Shown: piece after piece, positions 24,601 through 34,476 of the stretch | How the letters are laid out: every line of letters starts with the position of its first letter | Position numbering within the stretch: position 1 is the stretch's first letter | From: a virus | Lineage: Duplodnaviria; Caudoviricetes | Reading direction: 5' to 3' (one strand) | Length of the DNA stretch: 56,208 bases | IMG/VR virus record: IMGVR_UViG_3300017754_001331 | Coordinates: 1-56,208 of that record | The notes under the pieces: generated by a model | What the model saw: the letters and a program-made list of their open reading frames with translations, nothing else | Told to the model about the DNA's origin: nothing | The model's database searches: none | Made by a program: the position numbers and the translations under genes

Positions 24601-27600
24601 GAAGCTGGACTTCATAGGTAAACCCGTCCCGCGCTTGCTCGAAGGTGACCATACCCTGTTTGATGAGCTTGTCGATCTCAGGCTGGTTGGGTGTGAGCAC
24701 ACCGTCCCGGAAGTCATAGAGCGGAGCGCCACGAAGCTGACGGATGTCCTTGATCTTGCCCACTGCAAAGCGCTGGGCTGAGTACATCAGCTTGTTGATC
24801 GAGTCAGTCTGCTCCTCGGTGACACCGAAATACTTCCCGAAGACAGCGGCGTCGAATACATCTGCGTTGCGCTCGTTGCTGGACACTCGGATGCTGGACG
24901 TAAGGTCACGCGCTGCTTCGAGGATTTCCTCCAAGCGGTTGAGACCGGGGTTATTGCGGGACCGGAAGTTGGCGAGGCTGAGGAACTCAGCTTTGAACCG
25001 GTCGAACCGGTCGGTACTGTTACCAGCGACACCCTTAACCGTGGCCCATGCCTTCTCCCAGTTCAGCGGAGCATTAGCGATGTTGTCGCGTACCAGTTCA
25101 GCCGTGCGATTGTCTGCGTAGATATCTCCCACTGTGCTGAACCGCCCGGTGGATGCGTACCCCTTGCCATACTCCACGTCTTGGAGATCGGTGAAGACCT
25201 TGGCCACGTCGAACATGCTCGACTTGCCACTGCGGACGTAGGATCGTGACTGCTTCAGGATGTAGCGCACCATCTCATCACCGAACTTGACGCCCAGTTT
25301 GTTGAGAGCACCCTTGATAGCATTCCAGATACGGGCCACGACACTGGTGTCCAGCACGCCAGCAAAGTCAGCGAGATATTCCTCGACAGCTTCTGAACGG
25401 GACTGGTCGCGGTCTGCCATGGCAATATCCACATCGCTGCGGATAGCCGGACTGGATTTGTAGATCGCTTCCATGACGGCGTCGAACTGCTTGGTCGGGA
25501 TGATCCCGCGCAGACCGAAGTGGCCGAAGGTTTCGTGTGCCAACACGAACTTGAGATGCTGCTCGTTGGCAATACGATCCGAGAAGATGATGACGTTGCC
25601 GTCGCCGAACGAGTAACCCGCAGCCAGTGCAGTATCGAAGTCGCCTTCAGGACGTGCGGCCACAGCCTCCCGGTAGAGTGCCGGGTTCTGCTCTTTCATA
25701 TCCCCTTGGTTACGGAACACCGAGACCTTGGGTTTAGTCGTCAGCTTGGACACGAACTGCTGCGCCTTGAGCTTAGTTACCCCCAAGGTTTGGGTCTTGT
25801 CCGGCATGTCGAACTGGTTCAGGATGTTGATATCCGCAGGCACGATCTGGTCGGCCTTGAATGTTATGTAGATATCAGCAACTCGATCTGCCGTGGCCGC
25901 AGTCGCACCGTCTGTAATGCCCTTGATGATAATCCCATCAGCGTCGGTGCTACGGGCGAGGTCGAACATGGCTGGGTTGACAACAGTCCACCTGTTCCAA
26001 GGGATTTCTTTTTCGGTATAGGTACGGGTCTGCCCGTTCGGCAGCGTGGCAGTCCGGGTTTCAGCATCGTAGATAACAGGACGCTGGATATTGAGATAGA
26101 CTTCTCTGACGTTGGGTCCGTAACCTTCAGCTACCATGCGGTCAGTCGTAAACCACGAGGCACCAAGCTCCGGCGTAATTCGTTTTTTCTGGGCCGATAG
26201 TTTCTTGTAGTAGTCCCGCAACGCACGGAAGTACCCAGCCACACCTGTATAGTCGTCACCCCACGCAGGGCGTATCTTGAGATTTTTTCTCTGTTTGAAC
26301 TGAGGGAGCTTATACAGAGACTTATCCCACTTTCTGCCTCCCCATGTGGAGAAGATGCCCGAGGTACCATGCAGCACCTTGAGTGGAGCGCCATTGGCGT
26401 CCACTACCTTCGTGCCCTTCACCGATACACGAGCGAAGCGACCAGTATCATCCTTCTTGGCAGACGGAGTGTTGAGGCCGCTGGGTGTGGTCTCGAACTT
26501 GGCTTCACCGTCCGTGGTGAAATAGTCCTTCAGCGGGTAGCCATTGACCAACACATTACGGTCAGCCTCGTTGGTCTCCGCAAAGAGGTCCTCCAGTGCG
26601 AACGGCAAGTTCTCATACTGCTCCTGACGGAACACGAACGGGCGGTCCAAACTCATAACCTTGGGCATCGAAGCCAGCAGAGACGTCAGCTTATTAACAG
26701 CGGCTTCGACGTTCACAAACCTGCTCTGGTACGTCGCTTGCGTAGCGACCGCAGGCTCTTTCTCTACCACGAACATCTCTTCGGCCTGCGCCCGGAGCGC
26801 AGCGTCCTTGATCTTGTCGATGTTGGTGACCTTGGCTTTCGCCTTAGCCGGGAACGCATCAGTCAGATCGTTGTCCAGCATGAACTGGAACCAAGGACCA
26901 TCAACCGGGAGCGTATCCTCACGCAGCACGATATCGCGGAACGCCTTAGCCAGTAGAGGCTGAAGCCACTTCGAAGTGGGTTCCTCAAGAAACTTCCGGG
27001 CCTTGGTCTGGATCGCCTTGCGGCCCTCGACTGTGCCACTGGACAGGCGCTCAAAGAACGCAAGCTCCAAGATATCGTAATATGCGTCACTGACATCAGT
27101 GCGAATTGCTCGGGTCGTCGCCTCCTCCACAACACGAATGGCAGCATCCACCCGGTCGGCATCGGTCATCTCACTACGATCTTCGGCGAGAGACGGAGCT
27201 TGCTTGCGGGGCTTACGTTTCTCTTCGGCCTGTGCCTTGCCCTTCTTCAGAACTTGAACAGCTTTTCCTTGTCCCTCCTGAACAGGTGCGGCTGTGACCT
27301 CGGCTTTTGTTTCTGGCTTGGCGGCAGGCTTTCCGGCAGGTTTTGCAGCTGCTCGGGCAGCAGGTCGCTTGAGAGCTTCTCCGCGAGTTGCGGGTTGTTT
27401 CGCTGGAGGAACCGCAGCTGCTTTTGGCTTTTTAAGGGCACGGGCTTTTCCTCCCTTCGGCGGGGTGGGTGGCGTGATGGTACCCGTCACAACAGTGCGG
27501 GGCGATGTCTTCGTAAGGCGCGCAGCATTCTCTGCGGCCACCAGTTCAGTACGGATGGCCCTGAGATCGTCGACAGTAAGCTCACCTGCCTGCGCCATGT

Positions 27601-29629
27601 TGAGTGCATCGATCCACTGGTTCTGGATTTCAGGTAGGAAGCTAGCGAAGGGTTTGGGGCGACCGCGCCCGGCCAGTGCACGCCATTCTTCAGCGGCCTG
27701 TGCAGGAGTAGTGCCATAGATAGGTTCTGGTAAGAGTGTGCCCTCGGTACCGACAACGTCTATGAACGGCTGAGACTCAGCCAGTCGCTGCTGAAGCGCG
27801 TCGACTTCAGGGATAGGAGCACGGGCAGCCAAGGCTTGTTCAAACTCAGCTTGGCGCTGGGCAGCCATGGCCGCTTCCTGTTGCCGCTGCTGGATTGCTC
27901 GCAGCACAGGGTTATCCGAGAGAGTACCCGGCGCAGCCTCAGTGGGTGCGATATAGCGAGGTGCCAGACCCGACTCGAACGGTAGGACATCTTGGATTTC
28001 AGGCAGACCAGCCTGCTGCGCGGGTACAATCCCAGTGCCGAACGGTAGTTCGAGTTGGCTAGTGTCAACTTGAGGAGCAGTGCCAAGGGGAGCACCGGGG
28101 AACATTTCCATCTGACCAGCGGCGGGCGGCGCGGGCGGCACAATGACATTCATACCACCACCTGTCAGTGGTAGTGTGCCTTGGTTACCCATGGGTGCAG
28201 GAAGCAGCGGCGGTCCGCCCATGCCGGTGGGTGCAGTTGGCCCAGCCAAACGCAGAGGAGGCGCAGGAAGTTGTTTCGCAGGCGGGGGTAGCGCCAGCAT
28301 TTCGGCTTCCCCGCCCAGCAAGCTGGCAGGTTTGGTCCCTCTGAGGTTGACGACAGCACCGATGGGTGCGCCGATGGCAGCACCGGCAGCAAATGAGTTG
28401 ATGAGGCGCTCGATATTCTCAGGCTTACCGAAGTCCTGATCGGACAGACCTAGGAGTAGCGACTCCTGCGCAAGCTCCGTACCGCCCTCGGCGACGCCAC
28501 CCACTGCACCGCCCACAGCACCACGGCGCAAAAGTTCAGCACCACGACGAGGAAGAGAAGTACCAGTAGGAATGGCACGAGGAGCAGTAATCCCACCAAA
28601 GATACGGCCAACCAACAGATACTCAGTAGCGCTTTCCGCAGCTGCATAAGGAAACGCCCCTGCAAGTGCGAGCATCTTGGCTGAGATGTCATCTGGGTCA
28701 GCGCCTTGTTCACGCAATTCTCCATAAATATCAGCCGCGCCTGTGCGGTAGCTATTAGCGAATGTTGCCGCTGTGGCCCCCACGAGAGCGCCTGCGTTGC
28801 GGAGAATTTTCTTCTCGGCTTCGTCGAGGACCTCACCGGCTGCCTTCTTACGGGCAGCAGAAAGAACTTGCTGCTTAAATGCAGACTTACCAGCGAGGCC
28901 AGCGAGAGCACCCGCAGCTGTACCGACACCGGGGCCACCAGTGAATGTACCGCCAATGGCACCAGCGCCTGCGACAGCGACGGACTCAAGAAGGTTAGGT
29001 ACCTGTTCACCGAAGCCTGCGACGAACCACTCAAGCGCATCACCGGGGTCCTCGATGTCAGTGAACTGACGTGAGTACGGCATCCCACGGCGCAGGTCTT
29101 CCGCCTGTTGTGCGACAATGCGACCGCCAGTTTCTTCTGCTCCAGCAAGCTGAAGGCCGCGACCGATCAGAAGCTGGGTAGTGTCGATACCACGACCGAT
29201 GCCCTTGGAGAACAGCGTGCCGAGGCTCGGCTCTTTTATCCCTTGGAGATAACCGGCATAGGCTTGTGGGTCCACAGAGACCCAGTCACCAGCGGGGAGA
29301 GGAGCGCCCGGCTGGCTAAGGAGAGCCTCGCTCTCAAGCGCGCTCTGCGCGTCGTCCTCGGAGAATGTGCGACCTTGCACAAAGAACTCGCCACGAGATG
29401 GGCTGAACGCAATAGTAGGTCCGCTCGCTTGCTGCACCGGAGGAGCCGCGATCTGAGGAGCACGCACCTGCGCACGGGCTGCTTCGCCCATGGCCGTGAT
29501 ATCAGCCATACTCTGCTGGAGCGCATCAAGACCGGACATGGCCGGAGGTGTGCGGTTGACCAAAGGATTAAGGTCGGAACCCGCCGAGGGTATTAGCGGG
29601 TTCAAATTCGACAGACCGGCCTGAGCCAT
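21644..29629 (-). CDS. Giant internal virion / ejection polyvalent protein (2661 aa) with ART-like and zincin domains
   Basis: Last late gene; Gly/Ala-rich hydrophobic N-terminal region; ART-PolyVal-like VVDANGAPLKVLHGT...WFTT...VYLNI...DGIII...YITFKADQI; HETFGH metallopeptidase; long helical C-terminus. Confidence 0.85.
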   Translation of the reverse strand: MAQAGLSNLNPLIPSAGSDLNPLVNRTPPAMSGLDALQQSMADITAMGEAARAQVRAPQIAAPPVQQASGPTIAFSPSRGEFFVQGRTFSEDDAQSALESEALLSQPGAPLPAGDWVSVDPQAYAGYLQGIKEPSLGTLFSKGIGRGIDTTQLLIGRGLQLAGAEETGGRIVAQQAEDLRRGMPYSRQFTDIEDPGDALEWFVAGFGEQVPNLLESVAVAGAGAIGGTFTGGPGVGTAAGALAGLAGKSAFKQQVLSAARKKAAGEVLDEAEKKILRNAGALVGATAATFANSYRTGAADIYGELREQGADPDDISAKMLALAGAFPYAAAESATEYLLVGRIFGGITAPRAIPTGTSLPRRGAELLRRGAVGGAVGGVAEGGTELAQESLLLGLSDQDFGKPENIERLINSFAAGAAIGAPIGAVVNLRGTKPASLLGGEAEMLALPPPAKQLPAPPLRLAGPTAPTGMGGPPLLPAPMGNQGTLPLTGGGMNVIVPPAPPAAGQMEMFPGAPLGTAPQVDTSQLELPFGTGIVPAQQAGLPEIQDVLPFESGLAPRYIAPTEAAPGTLSDNPVLRAIQQRQQEAAMAAQRQAEFEQALAARAPIPEVDALQQRLAESQPFIDVVGTEGTLLPEPIYGTTPAQAAEEWRALAGRGRPKPFASFLPEIQNQWIDALNMAQAGELTVDDLRAIRTELVAAENAARLTKTSPRTVVTGTITPPTPPKGGKARALKKPKAAAVPPAKQPATRGEALKRPAARAAAKPAGKPAAKPETKAEVTAAPVQEGQGKAVQVLKKGKAQAEEKRKPRKQAPSLAEDRSEMTDADRVDAAIRVVEEATTRAIRTDVSDAYYDILELAFFERLSSGTVEGRKAIQTKARKFLEEPTSKWLQPLLAKAFRDIVLREDTLPVDGPWFQFMLDNDLTDAFPAKAKAKVTNIDKIKDAALRAQAEEMFVVEKEPAVATQATYQSRFVNVEAAVNKLTSLLASMPKVMSLDRPFVFRQEQYENLPFALEDLFAETNEADRNVLVNGYPLKDYFTTDGEAKFETTPSGLNTPSAKKDDTGRFARVSVKGTKVVDANGAPLKVLHGTSGIFSTWGGRKWDKSLYKLPQFKQRKNLKIRPAWGDDYTGVAGYFRALRDYYKKLSAQKKRITPELGASWFTTDRMVAEGYGPNVREVYLNIQRPVIYDAETRTATLPNGQTRTYTEKEIPWNRWTVVNPAMFDLARSTDADGIIIKGITDGATAATADRVADIYITFKADQIVPADINILNQFDMPDKTQTLGVTKLKAQQFVSKLTTKPKVSVFRNQGDMKEQNPALYREAVAARPEGDFDTALAAGYSFGDGNVIIFSDRIANEQHLKFVLAHETFGHFGLRGIIPTKQFDAVMEAIYKSSPAIRSDVDIAMADRDQSRSEAVEEYLADFAGVLDTSVVARIWNAIKGALNKLGVKFGDEMVRYILKQSRSYVRSGKSSMFDVAKVFTDLQDVEYGKGYASTGRFSTVGDIYADNRTAELVRDNIANAPLNWEKAWATVKGVAGNSTDRFDRFKAEFLSLANFRSRNNPGLNRLEEILEAARDLTSSIRVSSNERNADVFDAAVFGKYFGVTEEQTDSINKLMYSAQRFAVGKIKDIRQLRGAPLYDFRDGVLTPNQPEIDKLIKQGMVTFEQARDGFTYEVQLPDGTTRDERFAGIPGLTKQSIEWRGYLSLRETVNDVELQLLRARYQSLFEDQQIAFKQFDELVENKRLTGAERDLLRRIIKTYNDLYTADITFDERGYPKLNAEAMENGNDFVVAINKALTLGQDRDFNEVARFFEGRMADDMVAKLREFRTRLKIGADNKFTIQNRVKQILMLEVSNADADLYTRRTLATGYTPLLREGQFQVRVEAVNPRTGKVVRLADAYREQLIYSQVEKQSEAQQIAAGINNIFKDKTYEVDAYSQESGDFVKQNVVFRAVPETALDAIAGPPELNLNEFVYGLRQLDIVLTPKEVERVVTALTKQNSSARNRLLRAFTPGADPDAIKAISRHIDSRASTISKTMMRPQLSELMNLSMESTQRLWNGDARLLAELKAAAENTNLSPDERVLAQREYERYKFMYDQTNPKGKPKRTNQFYNEASRTVSFLDDNRSVTESNFESGEVVSQVRAATSIMQLGGSIATGALNLISAYTNGLPFLASYNPSNGFGGGFGIGPSVAQFHIAAKQVGALGIANMKANTAEFYDEVAKSKQLQDKYGLAVHEAEFIAREIREGAMIPAQTNALINTARGQISSGFARKFIDGWMLPFNLTEQASRRTLGLAAYRLEYERQIAGGRSEAKAKDAARRFAVDALSLTMGEYSVLNRPPAWRSGIQSFLYMYKVFPTTSIQLFSNMSRNGKIAMLASLWLLSGLQGLPFAEDLEDLIDTLAQALGFKVGSIRMEIAKFIDGVFPGMSPYFLQGVVNSAVPADIAGRVSIGNLFPGTGILLSGADVGRELTDIAGPAPSALLGSAQFFADLMRVPFSDRIQLIDVAREAPVTMLRAAGDAVAYAKSDAIVDRRGYVVADEANAGVIATRLLGFYPSEAAQQYSAIRVATRVTDYQRDVVAGFRQAWIKATMEGDTGRARDIEDAVDEWNKGAKGTGLEIADFRRRSQRALKEAQRPAKERMLRTTPKAGREDIEKAFDALSY

Positions 29630-29631
29630 TA

Positions 29632-31785
29632 TTATCCTCCAGTACCAATACCTGCACTACGTTGCGGCAAATTGCCGATGGTCTTAGCAGACGGACCGCT
29701 CAATAGACCTTCGCGTGCGCCCTCTATTTGTACACCACCCTTATCAATAAGCAACGTCTGACCTTGCACCTGAAGGAATGCCTGTCCGCTACCATCGCTA
29801 TTCACCGTAAGTTTCCCGTTCGGGTCCATCTGCTTGACTATCTCAAGTGCCTGCGCGTTCTGGCCTTCGAGGAGTTTGAGTTGGATATCGGCAGCAAATT
29901 TAGCCGACGCCTTGGCTGCTTCCTCAGTCATACGAAGCTGGCTCTTGAAATATTCGGTGGCCTGTTCCGCAGCGGCTGCGGACTGCGTCTGCACATACTG
30001 CTTATCAAACGACGACCTAGCTTGATCGATTATAGAACTACGAGCAACACCGCGCTGTGTAACCCGGCCATTGACTAGGATGTTGAACGAGCCATCCGTC
30101 TGCGGCTGAAGCTGGACAGGAACGCCAGCATAGTCAGACCACACTGCGGCAAGACGGCGAGGGTCATTGGCCAGAGCCAACTCCTGTAGGCCCTGCATAC
30201 CCTGAAGATAGACCAGACTGTTATCCAGTTCGATGAGCTTTAGCCGTGCAGCTGTGAACTCGTTACCCATACCAGCACGGCGGTACATATCGGCCATCCG
30301 GGCAAGTTCCTGCCGGTTCTGAAGCGCCATGCGAGTGTCCCGCGAAGTAGCGTTCGGGTTGGCAAGATAGAAGTTCGACGGATCGATGCGAACCGGGACA
30401 GGCGTATCCTGAACACTGGCCACTTGAACACCAGAAGGGACCGCGCCGCCAGCGGAGGCTTTTGCACGTAATGCTAGTGACGCATTAGTAGCTGGGTCTC
30501 GGCTCTTTGCAAGTTGCGGACCTACCGCAGCGAGAACCTGCTGCGCATCCCACTGAAAACCGGAAGTGATATCCCTTACCACTGGGGCCATAGAGGTTAT
30601 GCCTTTTTGCGACAGCGCACCCTTATACCGTAGCAAAGCATTACGGTAATCACCGCGTTCGTTACGTAGGTTCTGGGCAAGATGCGCAGCAGCAAAGTTA
30701 ATCGCAATCGCGGGATCACGGGCCTGTGCGTCGGTGATAAGTCCTTTACGTATGTGGTCCGGCATTATCTGGGCTAGCCCGAGGGCGCCAGACTCAGTGT
30801 TTACAATATTCGGGTTAAAGCTGGACTCGCTGGCAATTAACCGCTTCAGTATGGTTGCGTCTACGCCGTACCGCGCTGCGGCTTGCTGCACGATAGCATC
30901 ATATTGTGTGCCTTGGGTGTCGTACCTTTTCGCTTTAGCTGTAACCGCTGCGGCCTGCCCGGGAGGGGCAGAACTTCTAACACCCGCCGTAGGTTCAACA
31001 GCAGCGGTGGCCGCAGGCGTAGCCACACCGGCACGTCTGGCACGCTCGACTTCAGCCGCCTGTAAGTTCGCGGCCCCGACCTTCTGGAAAAACTCAACTG
31101 GGTTCTTCTGCGCAACGGCCAACATCTCAGGGTTGCGGCTGAAATACTCGCGAGCAACGTCACTCCTGTAATAATTGCTCGCAGCGTCGGACATCTCCAA
31201 ACTACGTTTCTTGTCCTGCTTGACAAATGGCTTGAAAATAGTTGTAACATCTGAGGCTTTCATCGCCAACCCGTAGAGATAACGGTTAAGGCGATCCGTG
31301 TTATCATTTTTAATTAGACTGCGCGTAACGTCCGATGCGTTGGGGTCCAACTTTTTGAAGCCTGCGACACCATCATTGAGGCGTACGGGTTTACGAGAGT
31401 CGAAACCGGGAATGGTAACGCCGCCAAGTTTTACAGGCTTAGGCGCAGCAGGGGCAGCACCAGCGGTAGGAGCGGGAGCAGCACCAGTAGCAACTCCAGC
31501 TGTGGGGGCAGGAGCGGCAGCGGGAGCAGCGGCAGTACTAAGACCAGCCAAATTGAACTCAGGCTCAGTAACCTGCATGGGTGCACCGAGAAGGAGACCC
31601 TGCTCCGGGACTTCGACGGTCGGTGCTTCAAGCTGCAACTGACGGAACTGTTCCTGACGGGCCAGTTCTCCACGGGTTAAGGCAGCCTGCTGTTGCTGCA
31701 AGCGGCGCAGTTCGCTCTCAGTCTGGTATCTCTCGATACCTTCACCAATCCGGCCAGCGCTAGCGAGAAACGAACCAATCGCCAT
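29632..31785 (-). CDS. Internal virion protein with lytic transglycosylase (SLT) domain
   Basis: AAARYGVD...IASESSFNP...GALGLAQIMP...DP...ALLRY at about 30600-30905. Confidence 0.87.
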   Translation of the reverse strand: MAIGSFLASAGRIGEGIERYQTESELRRLQQQQAALTRGELARQEQFRQLQLEAPTVEVPEQGLLLGAPMQVTEPEFNLAGLSTAAAPAAAPAPTAGVATGAAPAPTAGAAPAAPKPVKLGGVTIPGFDSRKPVRLNDGVAGFKKLDPNASDVTRSLIKNDNTDRLNRYLYGLAMKASDVTTIFKPFVKQDKKRSLEMSDAASNYYRSDVAREYFSRNPEMLAVAQKNPVEFFQKVGAANLQAAEVERARRAGVATPAATAAVEPTAGVRSSAPPGQAAAVTAKAKRYDTQGTQYDAIVQQAAARYGVDATILKRLIASESSFNPNIVNTESGALGLAQIMPDHIRKGLITDAQARDPAIAINFAAAHLAQNLRNERGDYRNALLRYKGALSQKGITSMAPVVRDITSGFQWDAQQVLAAVGPQLAKSRDPATNASLALRAKASAGGAVPSGVQVASVQDTPVPVRIDPSNFYLANPNATSRDTRMALQNRQELARMADMYRRAGMGNEFTAARLKLIELDNSLVYLQGMQGLQELALANDPRRLAAVWSDYAGVPVQLQPQTDGSFNILVNGRVTQRGVARSSIIDQARSSFDKQYVQTQSAAAAEQATEYFKSQLRMTEEAAKASAKFAADIQLKLLEGQNAQALEIVKQMDPNGKLTVNSDGSGQAFLQVQGQTLLIDKGGVQIEGAREGLLSGPSAKTIGNLPQRSAGIGTGG

Positions 31786-31799
31786 GAAGTGTTCCTATC

Positions 31800-32882
31800 T
31801 TAAGTGGTGGTCGGACGGTTCAGTGCCTGCCCGAATAGCGCAGCAAGACCGGCTTCCTGACTACGACGGGCTTCATCAGCCCTGAACCTATCCGCAAGCG
31901 TCATACTGCTTTCGCCTGTGGTCGTCGGATATTCTGTTGGGATCGACTGAATACCAGCCTGACGTGTCTGTGTACGTGCGCTAACCCCAGTGCCGTAACC
32001 CTGCTGATATGCCGAACCCGCAGTACGGGCAGTGCCGAGGCGATAGCGACGACGTTCGGCGGCAAGCCGCTCACCAGTCAGGCCACGGGTTCCTTCGGTC
32101 TCTTGGATACCACCACGGATTTTGGCTGCTTCTGCTGCCTGCCGGGCCATATACTCAGGATCGTAATAGGCTGCTTCGTCGATCAGCTTGTTGGCTTGGT
32201 CAAGACGCTGCTGCGTAAGGGCTGCGTTTACATTCTGCGCACGCGCAAGTTCAGCCTGCTGTGCCCTAGTGATCGCAGCACCCGGAGTACCAACGAGGCC
32301 AGCAGCGGCCAAGCCGGGAGCGACAGCGCCAAGGTTAAGGCCACCCGCACCGATAGCACCCATTGCGCCACCCAGACCCCTCGTTATATTCGAAATGCCC
32401 CCAGTCAGAACACTTGTCGGTCTGGCTGCTGCGCCTGATAACGCTTGGCCAATAGTCTGAGGCGCGGCAGCGGCACCAGTAGCGCCAGCGGCGGCAGCTT
32501 CGCCAGCGGCAGCGGTTGTGAAACCCGGCGTAGCCATATAGGCTTCGACGCCCGGAAGAGCGGCACCAGCAGTACCAGCGGCAGGAACACCGGCTGCGCC
32601 AGCGGTTGCGGGGGCCGCACCAGTAGTACCAGCGGCAGGAGCAGCGCCTCCAAATAGGCCGGAACTATTCGCGCCTCCTAGTCCCCCAGCTAAGACCCCG
32701 GCTTTCCACCCAACACCAGATAGTTCGCCCATACCTGCGCCAATGGCAGAAGACAGGGCCGTAGTCGCAAGAGCAGAAGAGACCCCGACAGAACCCAGCG
32801 CGGCACCCGCCAGCGGAGGAGCGAAGTATGCGATAGCCGCTACCGCAGCGACCTTCAGAACCGTCTTTACAACTTTACCCAT
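31800..32882 (-). CDS. Ala/Gly-rich internal virion (DNA transfer/pilot) protein
   Basis: Hydrophobic Gly/Ala N-terminus, Gln/Arg helical C-terminus; located in the ejection-protein block. Confidence 0.7.
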   Translation of the reverse strand: MGKVVKTVLKVAAVAAIAYFAPPLAGAALGSVGVSSALATTALSSAIGAGMGELSGVGWKAGVLAGGLGGANSSGLFGGAAPAAGTTGAAPATAGAAGVPAAGTAGAALPGVEAYMATPGFTTAAAGEAAAAGATGAAAAPQTIGQALSGAAARPTSVLTGGISNITRGLGGAMGAIGAGGLNLGAVAPGLAAAGLVGTPGAAITRAQQAELARAQNVNAALTQQRLDQANKLIDEAAYYDPEYMARQAAEAAKIRGGIQETEGTRGLTGERLAAERRRYRLGTARTAGSAYQQGYGTGVSARTQTRQAGIQSIPTEYPTTTGESSMTLADRFRADEARRSQEAGLAALFGQALNRPTTT

Positions 32883-32883
32883 A

Positions 32884-33321
32884 TCAATTCCCCAGAGACA
32901 TCCGGATGTGTGCGCAGGATTTATCAAACCCGAATTTATTCATGTATAACATAGCGCGATTAATCGGAACATAGCTATCAACAAACTCTACATTGTTGGC
33001 TCGTAGCCATGCTATGATGGCTTCCCAATATCGCCGCTTAAACATGGTCAGGTGTCGACCTGCCAGTGCGATGATATCGGCACACTTGTGTCCATTGGCA
33101 TCAGCAAACTGAAATCCTAGGACCATCTCCAACTTGCCGTCTATAAATCCCGCAAAGATCACAGCCTCGTCAGCGCAAATGGCGTTGAAAACATACTGTG
33201 CATCCATGTCGGAAGCTGACATATCGTTACCACGGACGGACTTCTCCGCCAAGGGGGCGATCTCGGGCCACAGTGCGATGGCCCTATTCGTTGACAAAAG
33301 TTCTATACTTACTTCACTCAC
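32884..33321 (-). CDS. GNAT-like small protein preceding the ejection proteins
   Basis: IIALAG...W...YMNKFGF pattern; positional analogue of podovirus gp13-like genes. Confidence 0.55.
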   Translation of the reverse strand: MSEVSIELLSTNRAIALWPEIAPLAEKSVRGNDMSASDMDAQYVFNAICADEAVIFAGFIDGKLEMVLGFQFADANGHKCADIIALAGRHLTMFKRRYWEAIIAWLRANNVEFVDSYVPINRAMLYMNKFGFDKSCAHIRMSLGN

Positions 33322-34127
33322 GCTTTATCCTTGTACTGCTCGACCAACCGGTCGAAGAACTCGCGACCCTTCATCTGCACCACATTCTTCGGGATCACAT
33401 ACTCACCTTCATGCGCCATGATCGGAACCGGAGCGTCGGACTTGCCCTTCACCGTGCCGCCTTCTTTCATCGACGGCATCGTGGCTTCGAGTTCACCGGT
33501 CATCGGCGCTTCGCCGGTCGCCATAGGCTGACCGCCTTGTATCAACTGCTGTGCAGACTTGGCAACCGTGAGCATGGCAACCAACAGACCTTCGTCATAC
33601 TGCGCAGGCAGGTCCTCTTCGGCAGCGATACCCTGCTGGATCGCGAACTGGCGGACATAAGGATACATGTCGGGGTTCTGCGCTGCCAACTGCGTAAGCT
33701 GGATGATCATGTTCAGTTCCTGCGGGGTCACTTCCCCTGACTGAAGGCCAGCCATGAGGGTTGCTTGGATTTCCTGAACGACCTGCGGGTTCTGCTGCAT
33801 CGACTGGTTGAGTAACTGGTCACGTTGCGCTGGGTCCATCGGAGGAGCAGGCTGAGTAGGTTGAGCGGGTCCACCCATCGGCATACCGCCGGGACCGATC
33901 ATGCCGCCCTCTTGGAAGCTAGGGAGTGGCTGCTGCGCAACCGTAGCCTGACCGCCCAGTGCGCCGCCGAGTGTGGGTGATGGACCAGCAGGGGCCATCG
34001 GAGCCATAGGGGCAGGAGCCGCGCTAGCCGCAGGCATAGCCAATATACTGGCCAGTGCCGGAGGAAGGTCCAACGAAGTGGTCGAGGCCACCTGCGGGTT
34101 CAGTGCTGTCATCACAGGATTTTCCAT
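33318..34127 (-). CDS. Pro/Gln/Met-rich virion-associated protein with two [FM]xEGG motifs and a C-terminal EGEYVIP domain
   Basis: SFQEGGMI, SMKEGGTV, SDAPVPIMAHEGEYVIPKNVV; GAGGG SD before ATG 34127. Confidence 0.75.
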   Translation of the reverse strand: MENPVMTALNPQVASTTSLDLPPALASILAMPAASAAPAPMAPMAPAGPSPTLGGALGGQATVAQQPLPSFQEGGMIGPGGMPMGGPAQPTQPAPPMDPAQRDQLLNQSMQQNPQVVQEIQATLMAGLQSGEVTPQELNMIIQLTQLAAQNPDMYPYVRQFAIQQGIAAEEDLPAQYDEGLLVAMLTVAKSAQQLIQGGQPMATGEAPMTGELEATMPSMKEGGTVKGKSDAPVPIMAHEGEYVIPKNVVQMKGREFFDRLVEQYKDKA

Positions 34128-34128
34128 A

Positions 34129-34476
34129 TTACCCTCGTAACTGTCCAATAAGCGTGTTTAGTGTATTCCGTAATGCTGCTACATCGTTAGCGAGCGATTG
34201 TACATTCTTGAGTAGTTCCACATAGTCATCCAATGCGGGAACCACTGCACCTTCGATGTTAACCCCAGCCCCTTGGGCCGTGACCTGCCGCATAGACTGC
34301 GCTGGTACTGGAGCAGTCGTGATCGCTGCCTTGGTAATCGCCCGGCTTGCAGCGTCTTTCTCGCCACGCGCACCGGTCAGGAGGTCCACATTCTCCTTGA
34401 GTGCGTTGAGCATATAATATTGCCAGCCCGTCATCTCGGACTGTGGTGGATTAGGTATTGCAGAAAACCTAGCCAT
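34129..34476 (-). CDS. Hypothetical structural protein (coiled-coil C-terminus)
   Basis: TAATG coupling to the nozzle gene. Confidence 0.75.
   Translation of the reverse strand: MARFSAIPNPPQSEMTGWQYYMLNALKENVDLLTGARGEKDAASRAITKAAITTAPVPAQSMRQVTAQGAGVNIEGAVVPALDDYVELLKNVQSLANDVAALRNTLNTLIGQLRG

Noticed and set aside
33291-33310. TTGACA...TATACT promoter-like sequence
   Set aside because: The spacer is only 8 nt and it lies antisense within a coding region.
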